58,769 bases of DNA, taken from the NCBI GenBank assembly GCA_031367385.1, contig JANLPS010000188.1:1-58769 (forward strand), in the 5' to 3' direction. The stretch comes from Archangium sp. GTDB lineage: Bacteria; Myxococcota; Myxococcia; Myxococcales; Myxococcaceae. How positions within the stretch are numbered: the stretch's first letter is position 1; each line of letters begins with the position of its first letter. Both the position numbers and the translations under genes were made by a program. This document shows, piece after piece, positions 42,711-52,902 of this stretch. Under the pieces are notes generated by a model. It saw only the letters and a program-made list of their open reading frames with translations, was not told where the DNA came from and did no database searches.

Positions 42711-44207
42711 TCACCCGCCGTTGATCATCTCGAGAATGGCGGCCGTCTCGTTCGCCGTTCGCGCCGAGACGTTCAACCCGCGACCGAGGTACGAAAAAAG
42801 ATGAATGTTGTCGAAGGCGATTGCCTCGTCGCGCGACTTGGTCGTCGAGCCGAGCGAGTAGCTGCTGCGAAACTTCTCGCTGTAGGCGTCGAGCGAGAGG
42901 CCGCGAACCGACTCTCCGAAGACGGCCACGTCTGGCGCGATGTGGCAGCTGGCACAATCGAGCGACTCCGATGAATGAATTCGTGGGTTCAGCACCCGCG
43001 CCGTGGCCCGAAATGCCTCTGCCTCTTGCGCTTCGCTGACCTTGAAGACCCGCGTCACGTCATCGGGGTGAGTCAACACCGGCTCGATGTCCGCGTCCCA
43101 CCGGCCGCCGACGATGGTGACCAGCCCCTGCGTCACGACGCTCGTCGTCGCGATCGAAGAGCTGCTCCAGACCCCGTTCTTCTTTTCGCGAATGGCGAAG
43201 CGCCAGCGCTGCCCCGCGCCAGTGACGAGATGCTCGAAGTGGGTGACCCGCACCAGGGTGCCGAGGCCCGCAACGCTGCTGATCAGGCTCTTCATCTGCT
43301 GGGCGAAGGCGCCCGAGACACCCTCACGGGCGAGCGTTGGGTGCACGCCCAGTGGCACCTCCGGAGCATCGAGGCTGGCGGCGCGCGTGGCTCGCAGGCC
43401 GTCGAGCACCCGCTGAAAGTCTGCATTCGAGAGCTGATAGAAGGCGTGAATGGCTCCATCGGCCGCCGCGACCGCCGTGCCACTGGCGGTGAGTTGCTGA
43501 AAGACCAGCCGTACGTCGGGCCGGCAGTCATCTGGGGTCTTCGCTGGCAGCAACGTGCCCGGGCAGGGGTCGAATCGCAGCGCGACGACCCGAAGAGCCT
43601 TCAGGCGCTCCCCGGCAGGGAGCGTCGCCGCGTCGTCGATGACCGGCACCGTACCGCCCTCGAACACCGAGGCGTCGAGCAGGGGGCCGCCCTTGCCGAG
43701 GTCTTCGGGTCGAAGCATCGCGTTCAACTCTCGAGGGCTCGGGAGCGGATACACCACCGACACATCGACGTTGCGAAGTCGGGTGGGGCCCCCCGCTGCA
43801 ATCACCTGCAGCGTGCCCTTGCCGGTGATGGTTCGGCCCGAAGATCGGCCCGTCACCGAGAACGCGCTCGTGCCAAGCGTGGCCCCTGAGGTCGCCTTCA
43901 GAGTGAGCGTACTCGGCTTCGTTTGCGTGACCGTGTTCGCCGAGAGGCTCCCGGTGACCCCTGCCGGCAGGGCCGAAAGCGTCAGGCTCCACGTGCCCGA
44001 GGTTCGAATGGAGACCGAGACCTCTGTCAACCCGCCGGCCTGAAGGTGCGGTTGGGCCGAGTCGAGCACCAGCGAGGCCTTCAACGGCCCTTCATTTGAG
44101 CCGCTCCCCGAGTCATCGACGGGGCTGGGCCCGCAGCTGGTGAGCGCGACGAGCGGCAGCACGAGCCCGACGAGAAGGCGGCCCTGAATGGTGGCAGACC
44201 GATGCAT
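42711..44207 (-). CDS. Hypothetical lipoprotein with an Ig-like N-terminal domain and a single CxxCH motif
   Basis: Lipobox LTSC, Ser/Thr-rich beta-sandwich (LPAGVTGSLS..TLTL), RFDPC and LDCASCH. Confidence 0.7.
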   Translation of the reverse strand: MHRSATIQGRLLVGLVLPLVALTSCGPSPVDDSGSGSNEGPLKASLVLDSAQPHLQAGGLTEVSVSIRTSGTWSLTLSALPAGVTGSLSANTVTQTKPSTLTLKATSGATLGTSAFSVTGRSSGRTITGKGTLQVIAAGGPTRLRNVDVSVVYPLPSPRELNAMLRPEDLGKGGPLLDASVFEGGTVPVIDDAATLPAGERLKALRVVALRFDPCPGTLLPAKTPDDCRPDVRLVFQQLTASGTAVAAADGAIHAFYQLSNADFQRVLDGLRATRAASLDAPEVPLGVHPTLAREGVSGAFAQQMKSLISSVAGLGTLVRVTHFEHLVTGAGQRWRFAIREKKNGVWSSSSIATTSVVTQGLVTIVGGRWDADIEPVLTHPDDVTRVFKVSEAQEAEAFRATARVLNPRIHSSESLDCASCHIAPDVAVFGESVRGLSLDAYSEKFRSSYSLGSTTKSRDEAIAFDNIHLFSYLGRGLNVSARTANETAAILEMINGG

Positions 44208-44315
44208 GCGGGCGCCCGCAGCAACGCCCGCGCCGGTGCAACGTACCGCAATGACGAATCGTCTCATCTCAATGCCCCCCGGCTTTCTGACACTGCCTCG
44301 ATTTTCTGTTGCCGC

Positions 44316-45533
44316 CTACTCGCAATAGCCCCGCGAGGTGCACACCCCCGACGCGCACGAGCGGTGGTGGCAGTCGGGGACACAGACGCCAACGCCCGCG
44401 TCGGTCGAGTCGCACAGGTACCCTCCGCGACAGGTGCTCTGCCCTGCGCGCGGCGCATCGCACCGCTCGTAGCACTTGTTGTCGCTGCACACGTCGGGCA
44501 CGTGGCACCCCAAGACGTAGCAGGTGTCTTGGCAGTACCCGCCGGGCCACTCGCTGCCGGTGTTGCACCCGCCGAAGACGCCTCCGATTTGGCAATCGGC
44601 TTTGACCGCGCAGGGCGACCCCGCGTAGCGATTACCGGTCGACCCGCAGGTGCCGCTGCCGCAGCTCTGGCCCTCGGCGCACCGCGTGCACTGGTTGCCG
44701 CTGAAGCCGCACGCTTTCGGCTCGACCGGAGACACGCAGGTGTTGTTCTGGCAGCAGCCCGGGCATGACGAGACGCCGCAGGTTGGGTTCACGCACGTGC
44801 CTTGGTCGCAGACCTGCGTTGAGGTGCACCCCACGCACACGGCACCCTTGAGCCCACACGCGAACGCGCTGGAGGGGATGCACGCGGTGCCGGAACAGCA
44901 GCCATCGGGGCAGTTCGCGGCGGAGCAACTCGGTACCTCACACACCCCGCTCGTGCTGCAGATGAGCCCGCCTCCGCAGGTGATGCACGCCGCGCCTTGA
45001 GCACCGCAGGCCTCGCTCGACTGGCCGAGCAAACAGACGGCCCCGCGGCAACAGCCCCCGCAATTTTTCGCAGTGCAGGTGCCGGCATCGACCACCCCGC
45101 CACCGCCGCCGTCACTCACGCCCGCGTCTTCGCTGGTCATGCTGCCCGCATCGCGAGTGCCTGCATCGACGACCGGTTCACTCCCCGCATCACCTCCGGC
45201 ACCACCACCCCCGTCAGTCACCCCAGTGCTCCCACTGTCGATGCCGCCGGCATCGTGTCCGCCCGTTCCGCCCCCCACGCCTCCGCCAGCGCCTCCGCCA
45301 GCGCCTCCGCCTCCGCCCAACGCGAGCTGACAGCTGCCTGCACGGCAGACCTGATCAGAGACGCACGCGGTGCACGACAAACCGCTCGAGCCACACGCGG
45401 CTTTCTCGGTGCCGACCTCGCAGGCCCCGCTCGAGTCGCAGCAGCCACCGCAGCTCTTCGAATCACACACCGCTCGAGGTGCGCCGCAGGCCATCACCAC
45501 GCCCACCAGCACCACGCTCAAAGACCGAGTCAT
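44316..45533 (-). CDS. Cys-rich repeat lipoprotein
   Basis: Lipobox VMAC, four CxxxxCxxCC...CGxxGxxCxxC modules, Gly/DAG linker and a Cys-rich tail. Confidence 0.8.
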   Translation of the reverse strand: MTRSLSVVLVGVVMACGAPRAVCDSKSCGGCCDSSGACEVGTEKAACGSSGLSCTACVSDQVCRAGSCQLALGGGGGAGGGAGGGVGGGTGGHDAGGIDSGSTGVTDGGGGAGGDAGSEPVVDAGTRDAGSMTSEDAGVSDGGGGGVVDAGTCTAKNCGGCCRGAVCLLGQSSEACGAQGAACITCGGGLICSTSGVCEVPSCSAANCPDGCCSGTACIPSSAFACGLKGAVCVGCTSTQVCDQGTCVNPTCGVSSCPGCCQNNTCVSPVEPKACGFSGNQCTRCAEGQSCGSGTCGSTGNRYAGSPCAVKADCQIGGVFGGCNTGSEWPGGYCQDTCYVLGCHVPDVCSDNKCYERCDAPRAGQSTCRGGYLCDSTDAGVGVCVPDCHHRSCASGVCTSRGYCE

Positions 45534-45583
45534 GCCGGGGGAACCCCCAGCGGGGCTCTCGAGCGCAAACATTCACTCCAACC

Positions 45584-45599
45584 CGGCGTCGTTCTTGCC
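45584..45599 (+). promoter_or_regulatory. Possible sigma-54 (-24/-12) promoter for the calpain gene
   Basis: CGGCGTCGTTCTTGCC has GG-N10-GC spacing with TTGC and lies about 60 bp before ATG 45659. Confidence 0.35.
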
Positions 45600-45658
45600 T
45601 CTTTTCGAAGCAACGTTGGCCATGCCCCCGCCGAAAACCCCACGAAGGAGAGACGGCG

Positions 45659-46714
45659 ATGCCCAAAATCGAACCAGCCCCGTCTCTCTTCTACCCGCCC
45701 GAGGTGCCGCCCAAGCGAAGCGCGCCGCCGAGGGCTGACCCAACGTCTGAGTCGGGCACGCCGGGGCCGGTCGACGCGTTCGTGCCCGTGCCGTCGGTCG
45801 TGCGCCGCACCGATGGCCTGCCGTCACTCTTGGAGCCGGTCACCCCCGTGAGCCTCGGCATCGCGCTGCCGATGAACGTTCACGGCGATACGCACCAGTA
45901 TCAAATGGCGACCTTCTCGGGCCCGCTCTTCACTGCGGCAGGGCCATCGAAAAAAGACATCACTCAGGGCCAGGCCGGCAATTGCTACCTGCTCTCGACG
46001 ATGGCGGCGCTGGCCAACACCGACCCTGAGGCGCTTCGAAACATGATTCAGGCAAACGGTGACGGCTCGTACACCGTGCGATTTTTTCGACAAGACGAGG
46101 GCGTGGTGAGGCCCAACCCGATCGTCACCTCCGTTCGGGTGAACGCCGATTTTCTGACGCGCGTCACCTTCGACATTGTCGGCAATGCCTTCGCGTTCAC
46201 GCCGGTCTACGCGACGTCGTTGCCATCGGGCACGTTCGTCGGCGATCGCGCGATGCTGCGTGAAAACGCGATGTGGGTACCCGTGCTCGAGAAGGCCTAC
46301 ACGGTCTTTCGCGGCGGCAAGTTCGACCTGGTGGGGCAAGGCGGCTGGTCACACGAGGTGATGGCCTCACTGCTCGGCCGCAAGGGGTTGCAGAAAAACA
46401 TCAGCACCCTCGGGCAGAACGCGACCTGGTCGCTGCTCAAAGACTCGATGGCGACGCACTCTCCGATCACCATCTCGACGTTCACCGATGCGGAGCACGC
46501 CGCGATGTTCACCAACTCGGGCCTGGTGCCTGGTCACGCCTACGCGTTCATCGATGCCTTCGAGCGCGAGAGCGAGCGCTTCGTCACGCTTCGAAACCCG
46601 TGGGGGCATTTCGAGCCCGGCAACGACGGCGTCGACGACGGAGAATTCACCCTGAGCCTGCCCGAGCTCGCGCGCTCCTTCGACATTCTCGCGTACGCGC
46701 CCAAGACCCCGTAG
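45659..46714 (+). CDS. Calpain-like cysteine protease (peptidase C2)
   Basis: QGQAGNCYLL (Cys), WVPVLEKAY, GHAY (His) and LRNPWG (Asn). GAAGGAG RBS. Confidence 0.88.
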   Translation: MPKIEPAPSLFYPPEVPPKRSAPPRADPTSESGTPGPVDAFVPVPSVVRRTDGLPSLLEPVTPVSLGIALPMNVHGDTHQYQMATFSGPLFTAAGPSKKDITQGQAGNCYLLSTMAALANTDPEALRNMIQANGDGSYTVRFFRQDEGVVRPNPIVTSVRVNADFLTRVTFDIVGNAFAFTPVYATSLPSGTFVGDRAMLRENAMWVPVLEKAYTVFRGGKFDLVGQGGWSHEVMASLLGRKGLQKNISTLGQNATWSLLKDSMATHSPITISTFTDAEHAAMFTNSGLVPGHAYAFIDAFERESERFVTLRNPWGHFEPGNDGVDDGEFTLSLPELARSFDILAYAPKTP

Positions 46715-46725
46715 GAGCGCGGCGT

Positions 46726-47139
46726 TCACTTCGCGACGGAGTGGGCGTGCACCGCGTGCACGTGAAACACGCGCCGAAAGAGGGGAAATGTCCACCCCAG
46801 GTAGACGACGTTGCTGGTGATCAGCCGCAGCACCCAGGGCGGCACGCCCGGCCAGGCCTCGACCGCGAAGTAGAAGAGCACCGCGCTCGAGAGCAAGGCC
46901 ACCATCGTGACGCCGGTGAACCGCCACGCTTGACGGGTCAGGTTGCCGTGATGCGCGTGAAAGGCGAAGCGGCGGTTGCCGACGAAGTTCACCACCCCGC
47001 CAGCGAGCATGCCCGGCCAGTTCGCCCACTGAGGGTCGAGGCCCAGGCCCGTCGTCAGCGCGAAGAACACGCCGAAATCGACGAGGGTACCCACCCCCCC
47101 GGCCACGCTCGATTTGACGAAAAGCACTGCTCGGTTCAC
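46726..47139 (-). CDS. GtrA-family protein
   Basis: AGGVGTLVDF and VVNFVGNRRFAF, with four hydrophobic segments. GTG start chosen. Confidence 0.85.
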   Translation of the reverse strand: MNRAVLFVKSSVAGGVGTLVDFGVFFALTTGLGLDPQWANWPGMLAGGVVNFVGNRRFAFHAHHGNLTRQAWRFTGVTMVALLSSAVLFYFAVEAWPGVPPWVLRLITSNVVYLGWTFPLFRRVFHVHAVHAHSVAK

Positions 47140-47251
47140 AGAGACAACAGCATGCGAAATCGGGGCCCAACGCACCAGAAGTACGCCACCTGCATTCGTC
47201 AGCGAGTCGGGTGAGCCCGAGCGACACGGCGCGGCATGCCCTCGTATTTCC

Positions 47252-50200
47252 TCAATGCGCTGCAGGGCTCGACGTACGGCGCACGGCGCCTCGGAGCCAG
47301 TCCACCACAACGAAGAGCAACGGCGTGAAGAAGAGGTTCAGGGCCGTCGAGACCAACATGCCGCCGAACACCGCGGTGCCCAAGGAGCTTCGAGCGGCTG
47401 AGCCTGCGCCCGACGAGAACATCAGGGGCACCACGCCGAGCAGAAACGCGATCGAGGTCATCAAGATCGGGCGCAGCCGAAGCGCGCAGGCCTGCTGGGC
47501 GGCGTCGATCGCCGTGGCGCCTTCGCTGCGAAGCCGGCGCGCGAGCTCGACGATGAGAATCGCGTTCTTGCTCGAGAGGCCGACCAACATCACCATGCCG
47601 ACCTGGCAAAAGACGTCGTTGGGCAACCCGCGGAGGGCCTGACCACCGAGCGCGCCGAGCAACGCCAACGGCACCGAGAGCACCACCACGAAGGGCAGCA
47701 CGAAGCTCTCGTACTGTGCCGCCAACACCAGAAAGACGAAGACCAACCCGAGCACGAAGATGATGCCGGTCTGGCCTCCCGACTCGATCTCCTCCATCGA
47801 CAAACCTGACCACTCGACCCCGAAGCCCGAGGGCAACGCCGCGCGGGTGACGCGCTCCATCGCTTCGAGGGCCTGACCCGAGCTGTAGCCGGGGGCGGCC
47901 GAACCGCTGATCTCGACCGAGCGAAACAGGTTGAAGTGCGAAATCACCTGCGCCGAGGTGGTGGGCTTGACGGTGACCAACGCGTCGAGCGGCACCATCG
48001 CTCCGGAGTTGCTGCGCACGTAGAGCGCTCCGATGTCGTCGGGGTTGTCTCGCGCCTTGGCCTCGGCCTGCACGAAGACGCGGTAGGCGCGATTGGCGAA
48101 GTCGAAGTCGTTCACGTACTGCGAGCCGAGCGCGACCTGCAGCGTGCCGAAGAGCTGATCAAGCCCAATGTCCAACGACTTGGCGCGCTCGCGGTTGACC
48201 GAGACGAGCAGTTGCGGGTCATCGGCGGTGAAGCTGCTGAAGGCGCCGGTGATCTCCTTCGCGCCGCCGACCTTCTCGAGCACCGTGCGGGTCGCCTCGG
48301 CCAGTTGCTGCAGCGTCGCCGTGAGCGAGCGATCTTCGAGCTCGAGCTGAAACCCGCCCAGGCTGCCGACGCCCTCGACCGACGGAGGTGGAAATGGAAT
48401 GACCATCGCCTCGGTGATTTCACCCAACGGGCCACGCAGACGATCGACCACCGCCGAGACGGTGTGCTCTGCGCCGCGGCGCTGCTCCCACCGGCGCATG
48501 TTGATGAACATCATGCCGCGGTTGGGCCCGCTGCCGCCGAAGCTGAAGCCGCCGACCGCGAAGACGCCGGAGATCTCGGGTTGATCTCGCAGCACGGTGC
48601 TGACCCGCTGAAGCACCTCGCCGGTTCGCTCGAGCGACGTGCCATCGGGGCCGTTGATCGCGACGATGAACCACCCTTGATCTTCATCAGGGATGAAGCC
48701 CGACGGCACACTGCGGTAGAGCATGACCGTGCCAGCGACGCAGAGCGCGAAGAGGCCGAGCCCCAGCGCGGTGCGCTTGAGCAACCCGGCCAAGGCCCGG
48801 CTGTACCCGGTCTGGAGCACCGCGAGGCCTCGATCGACCCACCGGTACCCGACCCACTTTTCTGCCGACGTGTGCCGCAGCAGCAAGGCCGCGAGCGCAG
48901 GCGTCAACGTCACCGACACGAACGTCGAGATCGCCACCGAGAACGCGATGGTGAGCGCGAACTGTTGGTAAATGATGCCAGTGCTCCCGGGGAAGAATGA
49001 GACCGGCACGAACACCGCGATCAGCACCAACGAGATCGCGATGACCGGCGCCAACACCTCCTGCATGCCTTCGACCGCGGCGGCGAGGGGCGTCTTGTCT
49101 CGCGACTGCTCGAGGTGCCGAGCGATGTTCTCGATCACGACGATGGCATCGTCGACCACCAACCCGGTCGCGAGCGTCAACCCGAAGAGCGTCAAGGTGT
49201 TGATCGAAAAGCCCATCAGCTTGACGAACGCGAAGGTGCCGACCAACGACACGGGGATGACGACCGCGGGGATCAGCGTGGCCCGAAAGCCCTGCAAGAA
49301 CACGAGAATCACGAGCACCACCAGAAACATCGCTTCGGCCAGGGTCTGCAGCACCTCGCGAATCGACTGTTTGACCGCGGTGGTGCTGTCGAACGCGACC
49401 TCGTAGGTCAGCCCGCGGGGAAATTCTTTCGAGAGCCGCGCCAGCTCGGCCTTCACCGCGTTTGCCACGTCGAGGCCGTTCGCGTTCGGCAGCTGGGTGA
49501 CGCCGAGCCCCGAGGTGCTGCGGCCGTTGTATTGAAGCAGCTGACCGTAATCTTCGGCGCCGAGCTCGACGCGGGCGACGTCGCGCAAACGCACCAGGGC
49601 TCCATTGGTCGAGCGCAACACCACGTCTTCGAACTCTTTGGGCTCCGAGAGTCGGCCCTGCGCGACCACGTTGAGCTGAAACTGTTGCCCCGCGGTGGTC
49701 GGAGGTTTGCCGATCTGCCCCGCGGCCACCTGCAGGTTCTGCTCACGCAGCGCGTTCACGACGTCAGGCGGAGTCAGGTGCCGGCTCGCCAACTTCGCCG
49801 GGTCGAGCCAGATGCGCATCGAGAAACGGCGGGCTCCGAACACCTCGACGCTGCCGACGCCTTTGACCCGCTTGAGCGCGTCTCGCATGTAGATGTCGGC
49901 GTAGTTCGAGATGAACTGCGCGTCGTACTGGCCGCTCTCATCGTACAGGGCGGCCGCCAGCACGAAGCTGCCGGCGGTCTTGGTGATGGCGATGCCGTTT
50001 TGCCGAACCTCGCCGGGCAAGGTGCCTGACGCGGTCTGCACCCGGTTCTGCACGTCGACCGCGGCCACGTCGATGTTGCGCGAGGGCTCGAAGGTCACCG
50101 TGATGTTCGAGGACCCGTCGCTGGCGCTGCTCGAGGTGATGTACTTCATGCCCTCGACGCCGTTGATCGCCTGCTCGAGCGGCGTGGTGACGGCCGACTC

Positions 50201-50374
50201 GACCACCTGGGCCGAAGCACCGGTGTACGACGAGCTGATGTTGACCTGAGGCAGCGCGAGGCTCGGGTATTGCGCGACCGGCAACCGGGGTATGGCGAGG
50301 GCTCCGACCAAGACGATGATCAGCGCGCAGACGCTCGAGAAGACCGGGCGGTGAATGAAGAACGAGACGAACAC
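47252..50374 (-). CDS. RND efflux permease (HAE1/AcrB family)
   Basis: FFIHRPVF, GLVVDDAIVVIENI, KNAILIVE and RLRPILMTS. Confidence 0.96.
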   Translation of the reverse strand: MFVSFFIHRPVFSSVCALIIVLVGALAIPRLPVAQYPSLALPQVNISSSYTGASAQVVESAVTTPLEQAINGVEGMKYITSSSASDGSSNITVTFEPSRNIDVAAVDVQNRVQTASGTLPGEVRQNGIAITKTAGSFVLAAALYDESGQYDAQFISNYADIYMRDALKRVKGVGSVEVFGARRFSMRIWLDPAKLASRHLTPPDVVNALREQNLQVAAGQIGKPPTTAGQQFQLNVVAQGRLSEPKEFEDVVLRSTNGALVRLRDVARVELGAEDYGQLLQYNGRSTSGLGVTQLPNANGLDVANAVKAELARLSKEFPRGLTYEVAFDSTTAVKQSIREVLQTLAEAMFLVVLVILVFLQGFRATLIPAVVIPVSLVGTFAFVKLMGFSINTLTLFGLTLATGLVVDDAIVVIENIARHLEQSRDKTPLAAAVEGMQEVLAPVIAISLVLIAVFVPVSFFPGSTGIIYQQFALTIAFSVAISTFVSVTLTPALAALLLRHTSAEKWVGYRWVDRGLAVLQTGYSRALAGLLKRTALGLGLFALCVAGTVMLYRSVPSGFIPDEDQGWFIVAINGPDGTSLERTGEVLQRVSTVLRDQPEISGVFAVGGFSFGGSGPNRGMMFINMRRWEQRRGAEHTVSAVVDRLRGPLGEITEAMVIPFPPPSVEGVGSLGGFQLELEDRSLTATLQQLAEATRTVLEKVGGAKEITGAFSSFTADDPQLLVSVNRERAKSLDIGLDQLFGTLQVALGSQYVNDFDFANRAYRVFVQAEAKARDNPDDIGALYVRSNSGAMVPLDALVTVKPTTSAQVISHFNLFRSVEISGSAAPGYSSGQALEAMERVTRAALPSGFGVEWSGLSMEEIESGGQTGIIFVLGLVFVFLVLAAQYESFVLPFVVVLSVPLALLGALGGQALRGLPNDVFCQVGMVMLVGLSSKNAILIVELARRLRSEGATAIDAAQQACALRLRPILMTSIAFLLGVVPLMFSSGAGSAARSSLGTAVFGGMLVSTALNLFFTPLLFVVVDWLRGAVRRTSSPAAH

Positions 50375-50386
50375 GGGTGGGCGCCT

Positions 50387-51466
50387 CTACTTCGCTGCGT
50401 TCTGGAGCTCGACGGGAGTGCCGTCTCCGATTTGCTGCACACCGGCCACCACCACCTGCTCACCGGCCTTCACGCCGCTGGTGATGACGAATTCATTGCC
50501 CCGCAGCGGCCCCAGCACGACAGGCGTTCGACGGGCCGTCAAACGACCTCCGCCATCGGCTCTCTCGACCACGAAGACGAAGGCTTGGCCTGCCTGGCGA
50601 ACGACTGACACGGTGGGTATCGAGAGGCCGTCACCCTCGCTCCAGATGACCCGAGCGCGAACCACCTGTTCAGCGCGCAGCGAAGGCATCGCCTCGAAGG
50701 CGCCTTTGATCAGCAGCAACTGGGTGGCGGGGTCTGCCCTCGGAGAAACGAAGATCACCGGGCTCTCACCGAGCGCCTCGTCGTCTTGGCCGAGCAAGCG
50801 AATGCGGCTTTGGGCCGTGAGCGCGACCGAGCGCTCGACCGGCACCGACACCTCGGCCTCGAGGCCCGCGTCTTGGGTGACCGAGGTCAGCAGCGTCGCC
50901 GGAGTCACGAAGTCGCCCACCTTGACTGGCACGTTGCCCACGACGCCCTCGAAGGGAGCCACGATGGTGAAGAACGAGAGCCGCGCTCGCTGCGACGCAA
51001 TCAACGCGTCGGTGGCCCGCACGTTGGCCTCGGCCTGATCGGCCTGCACTTGCGCCTGATCAGCGTCTTGCTGGCTGACGATGCCGTCACCGCGCAACAA
51101 CTTCGAGCGGGCCTGCCGGTCTTTGGCGAAGGTCGATGAGGCCGCGAGCGACTCGCGGGTCGCCACCAGGTTCTGCATCGAGGCCTGCTCGGCGGCGGCG
51201 TCGATTTGAATCAGCAGCGCGCCCAGCTTCACCGTGGTGCCCGGCTTGACCGAGATGGCGCGCACGTAGCCCGTGACCTGGGGGTAGAGGCTCACCGCGC
51301 GGCGCGAAGTGAGCGTGGCGAGGTAGTCAGTCGAATCTTCAATCAACTTGGGAGCGACGGTGATGACCTTGACCAGGCTCGGCGGCTGCTCCGGCATGGC
51401 CGATTCACTCGGCTTCGAGCACCCCGCCAGCACCACCAGCACCGTTGCAACGCGAAGAGGGCTCAT
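50387..51466 (-). CDS. RND periplasmic adaptor (membrane fusion lipoprotein)
   Basis: Lipobox LAGC, PQVTGYV..VKPG and IVAPFEGVVG..VKVGDFV. Confidence 0.92.
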   Translation of the reverse strand: MSPLRVATVLVVLAGCSKPSESAMPEQPPSLVKVITVAPKLIEDSTDYLATLTSRRAVSLYPQVTGYVRAISVKPGTTVKLGALLIQIDAAAEQASMQNLVATRESLAASSTFAKDRQARSKLLRGDGIVSQQDADQAQVQADQAEANVRATDALIASQRARLSFFTIVAPFEGVVGNVPVKVGDFVTPATLLTSVTQDAGLEAEVSVPVERSVALTAQSRIRLLGQDDEALGESPVIFVSPRADPATQLLLIKGAFEAMPSLRAEQVVRARVIWSEGDGLSIPTVSVVRQAGQAFVFVVERADGGGRLTARRTPVVLGPLRGNEFVITSGVKAGEQVVVAGVQQIGDGTPVELQNAAK

Positions 51467-52785
51467 AGAGGGCAGTCGGCCAGGGCGAAGAGGGCCACGA
51501 CCCGGGCGCGAATCACGTCGTATTCACGCAGGGCGAGGTTGAGTTGCTGTTGACGCAACGATGACGCGGCGGTCACCAACTCGAGGCTGGTGCCGAGGCC
51601 GGCATCGAAGGCGCGACGGGTGAGGCTGTCGGTCTTCGATGATTGTTCGAACGCGGCGGCGGCAATCTCGCGTGATTTCTCGGCCACCGCGATGCCCCGC
51701 TTGGCCCGCTCGACGTCGATTTTACCTTGCCGTGCAGTGCCCTGCGCTCTCGCTTCGGCCTCGGCTTCTTGGGCGTGCGCGTCTTTGAGCGCGCCATATC
51801 TTGCCCCGCCGTCCCAGATCGGCACGGTGAGCACGGCCTGCAAGTTCCAAATGGGGAAGATGCCAGAGCCGGGGAAGATGAAGACCTGCGCGGTGCTGCG
51901 CACGGCGACCGATGGCAGAAATTGGGCCTTCACATCGAGAACGCCGCGGTGCGCGACGTCGACCCGGGCGTTGGCGGCGAGCTGATCAGGGCGCGCGGTC
52001 AGCTCGCTCACCGCGTGACACGAGGTGTTCAATTGATCAGCCAGGCCGTTGAGTTGAAAGTCGGGCCGCACGCCGACCGCACCGTCGACGCCGAGCGAGA
52101 GCGCCAGCGTCTCTCGGGCCTGGCGCAGGGTTTCGTCACCGGTCACCACCTGGGCGCGAGCGACCTCGGTGTCTTGGCGCAACCGACCCAGGTCGATTTC
52201 GGTGTTCGCTCCAGCGCGGTTCGAGCGATCGGCGAGGCGCAGCCGATCGAGCGCGTCACGCAGGCCCACCCGGTTGAGCTCAGCGAGGCGCTCGGCCGTC
52301 ACCACCGAGAGGAGCGACTGGGCGAGGTTGAGCAACAACAACCTTCGGGCATCGGCCAGACCGAGTTGACTGGCCCGCTCGGCGTCTGAGGCGAGCGCAA
52401 CCGCGTTCCACGACCGGGCGTCGATGACGGCGAGCTGCGCGACCAATGAGAGCGTCTGGTACGGCGCTGCACCAAAGAGGGCCGAGGTGGTGGCGTCTCC
52501 GCCAGGGGGCGCGGGCAGGAGGCTGAACGAGGCGACCCCGGTGCCAGCAATCGTGGGCAACAACAGCCCGAGGGCCTGCCGCTTGCGGCCCTGCGCACGC
52601 ACGGTCTCAGCGACGGCGATTCGCAAATCGGTCGAGCTCTGGCGCCAAAGCGTGAGCGCTTCGCCCCACGAGCTGAGTTGGCGCTCGGCGGCAGGCACCG
52701 GCTCGAGCATCGGGTCAGCCTCGGCGGCCTGGGCCACCACCGGTGCCAGCACGAGCATGACGATGAGCCTCGCGCGAGAGAGCAT
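51463..52785 (-). CDS. TolC-family outer membrane channel
   Basis: Signal peptide, LLPT/FLPS repeats and LTVPIWDGG. ATGA overlap with the MFP gene. Confidence 0.88.
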   Translation of the reverse strand: MLSRARLIVMLVLAPVVAQAAEADPMLEPVPAAERQLSSWGEALTLWRQSSTDLRIAVAETVRAQGRKRQALGLLLPTIAGTGVASFSLLPAPPGGDATTSALFGAAPYQTLSLVAQLAVIDARSWNAVALASDAERASQLGLADARRLLLLNLAQSLLSVVTAERLAELNRVGLRDALDRLRLADRSNRAGANTEIDLGRLRQDTEVARAQVVTGDETLRQARETLALSLGVDGAVGVRPDFQLNGLADQLNTSCHAVSELTARPDQLAANARVDVAHRGVLDVKAQFLPSVAVRSTAQVFIFPGSGIFPIWNLQAVLTVPIWDGGARYGALKDAHAQEAEAEARAQGTARQGKIDVERAKRGIAVAEKSREIAAAAFEQSSKTDSLTRRAFDAGLGTSLELVTAASSLRQQQLNLALREYDVIRARVVALFALADCPL

Positions 52786-52902
52786 GCGACTGCGTATGCC
52801 ACGCAGCACCGGCCAGCCGCAGAACAAAAAGCATCGCGCCCGCTCGTTCACGGGGAGCACGACGAACGGGCGCCGAGGGCCTGACCAGGGTAAGGCGCGG
52901 CG

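Noticed and set aside
46726..52785. RND pump as a novel or degenerate system
   Set aside because: Canonical TolC-MFP-RND order with intact proton-relay motifs; the GtrA adjacency alone is weak evidence.
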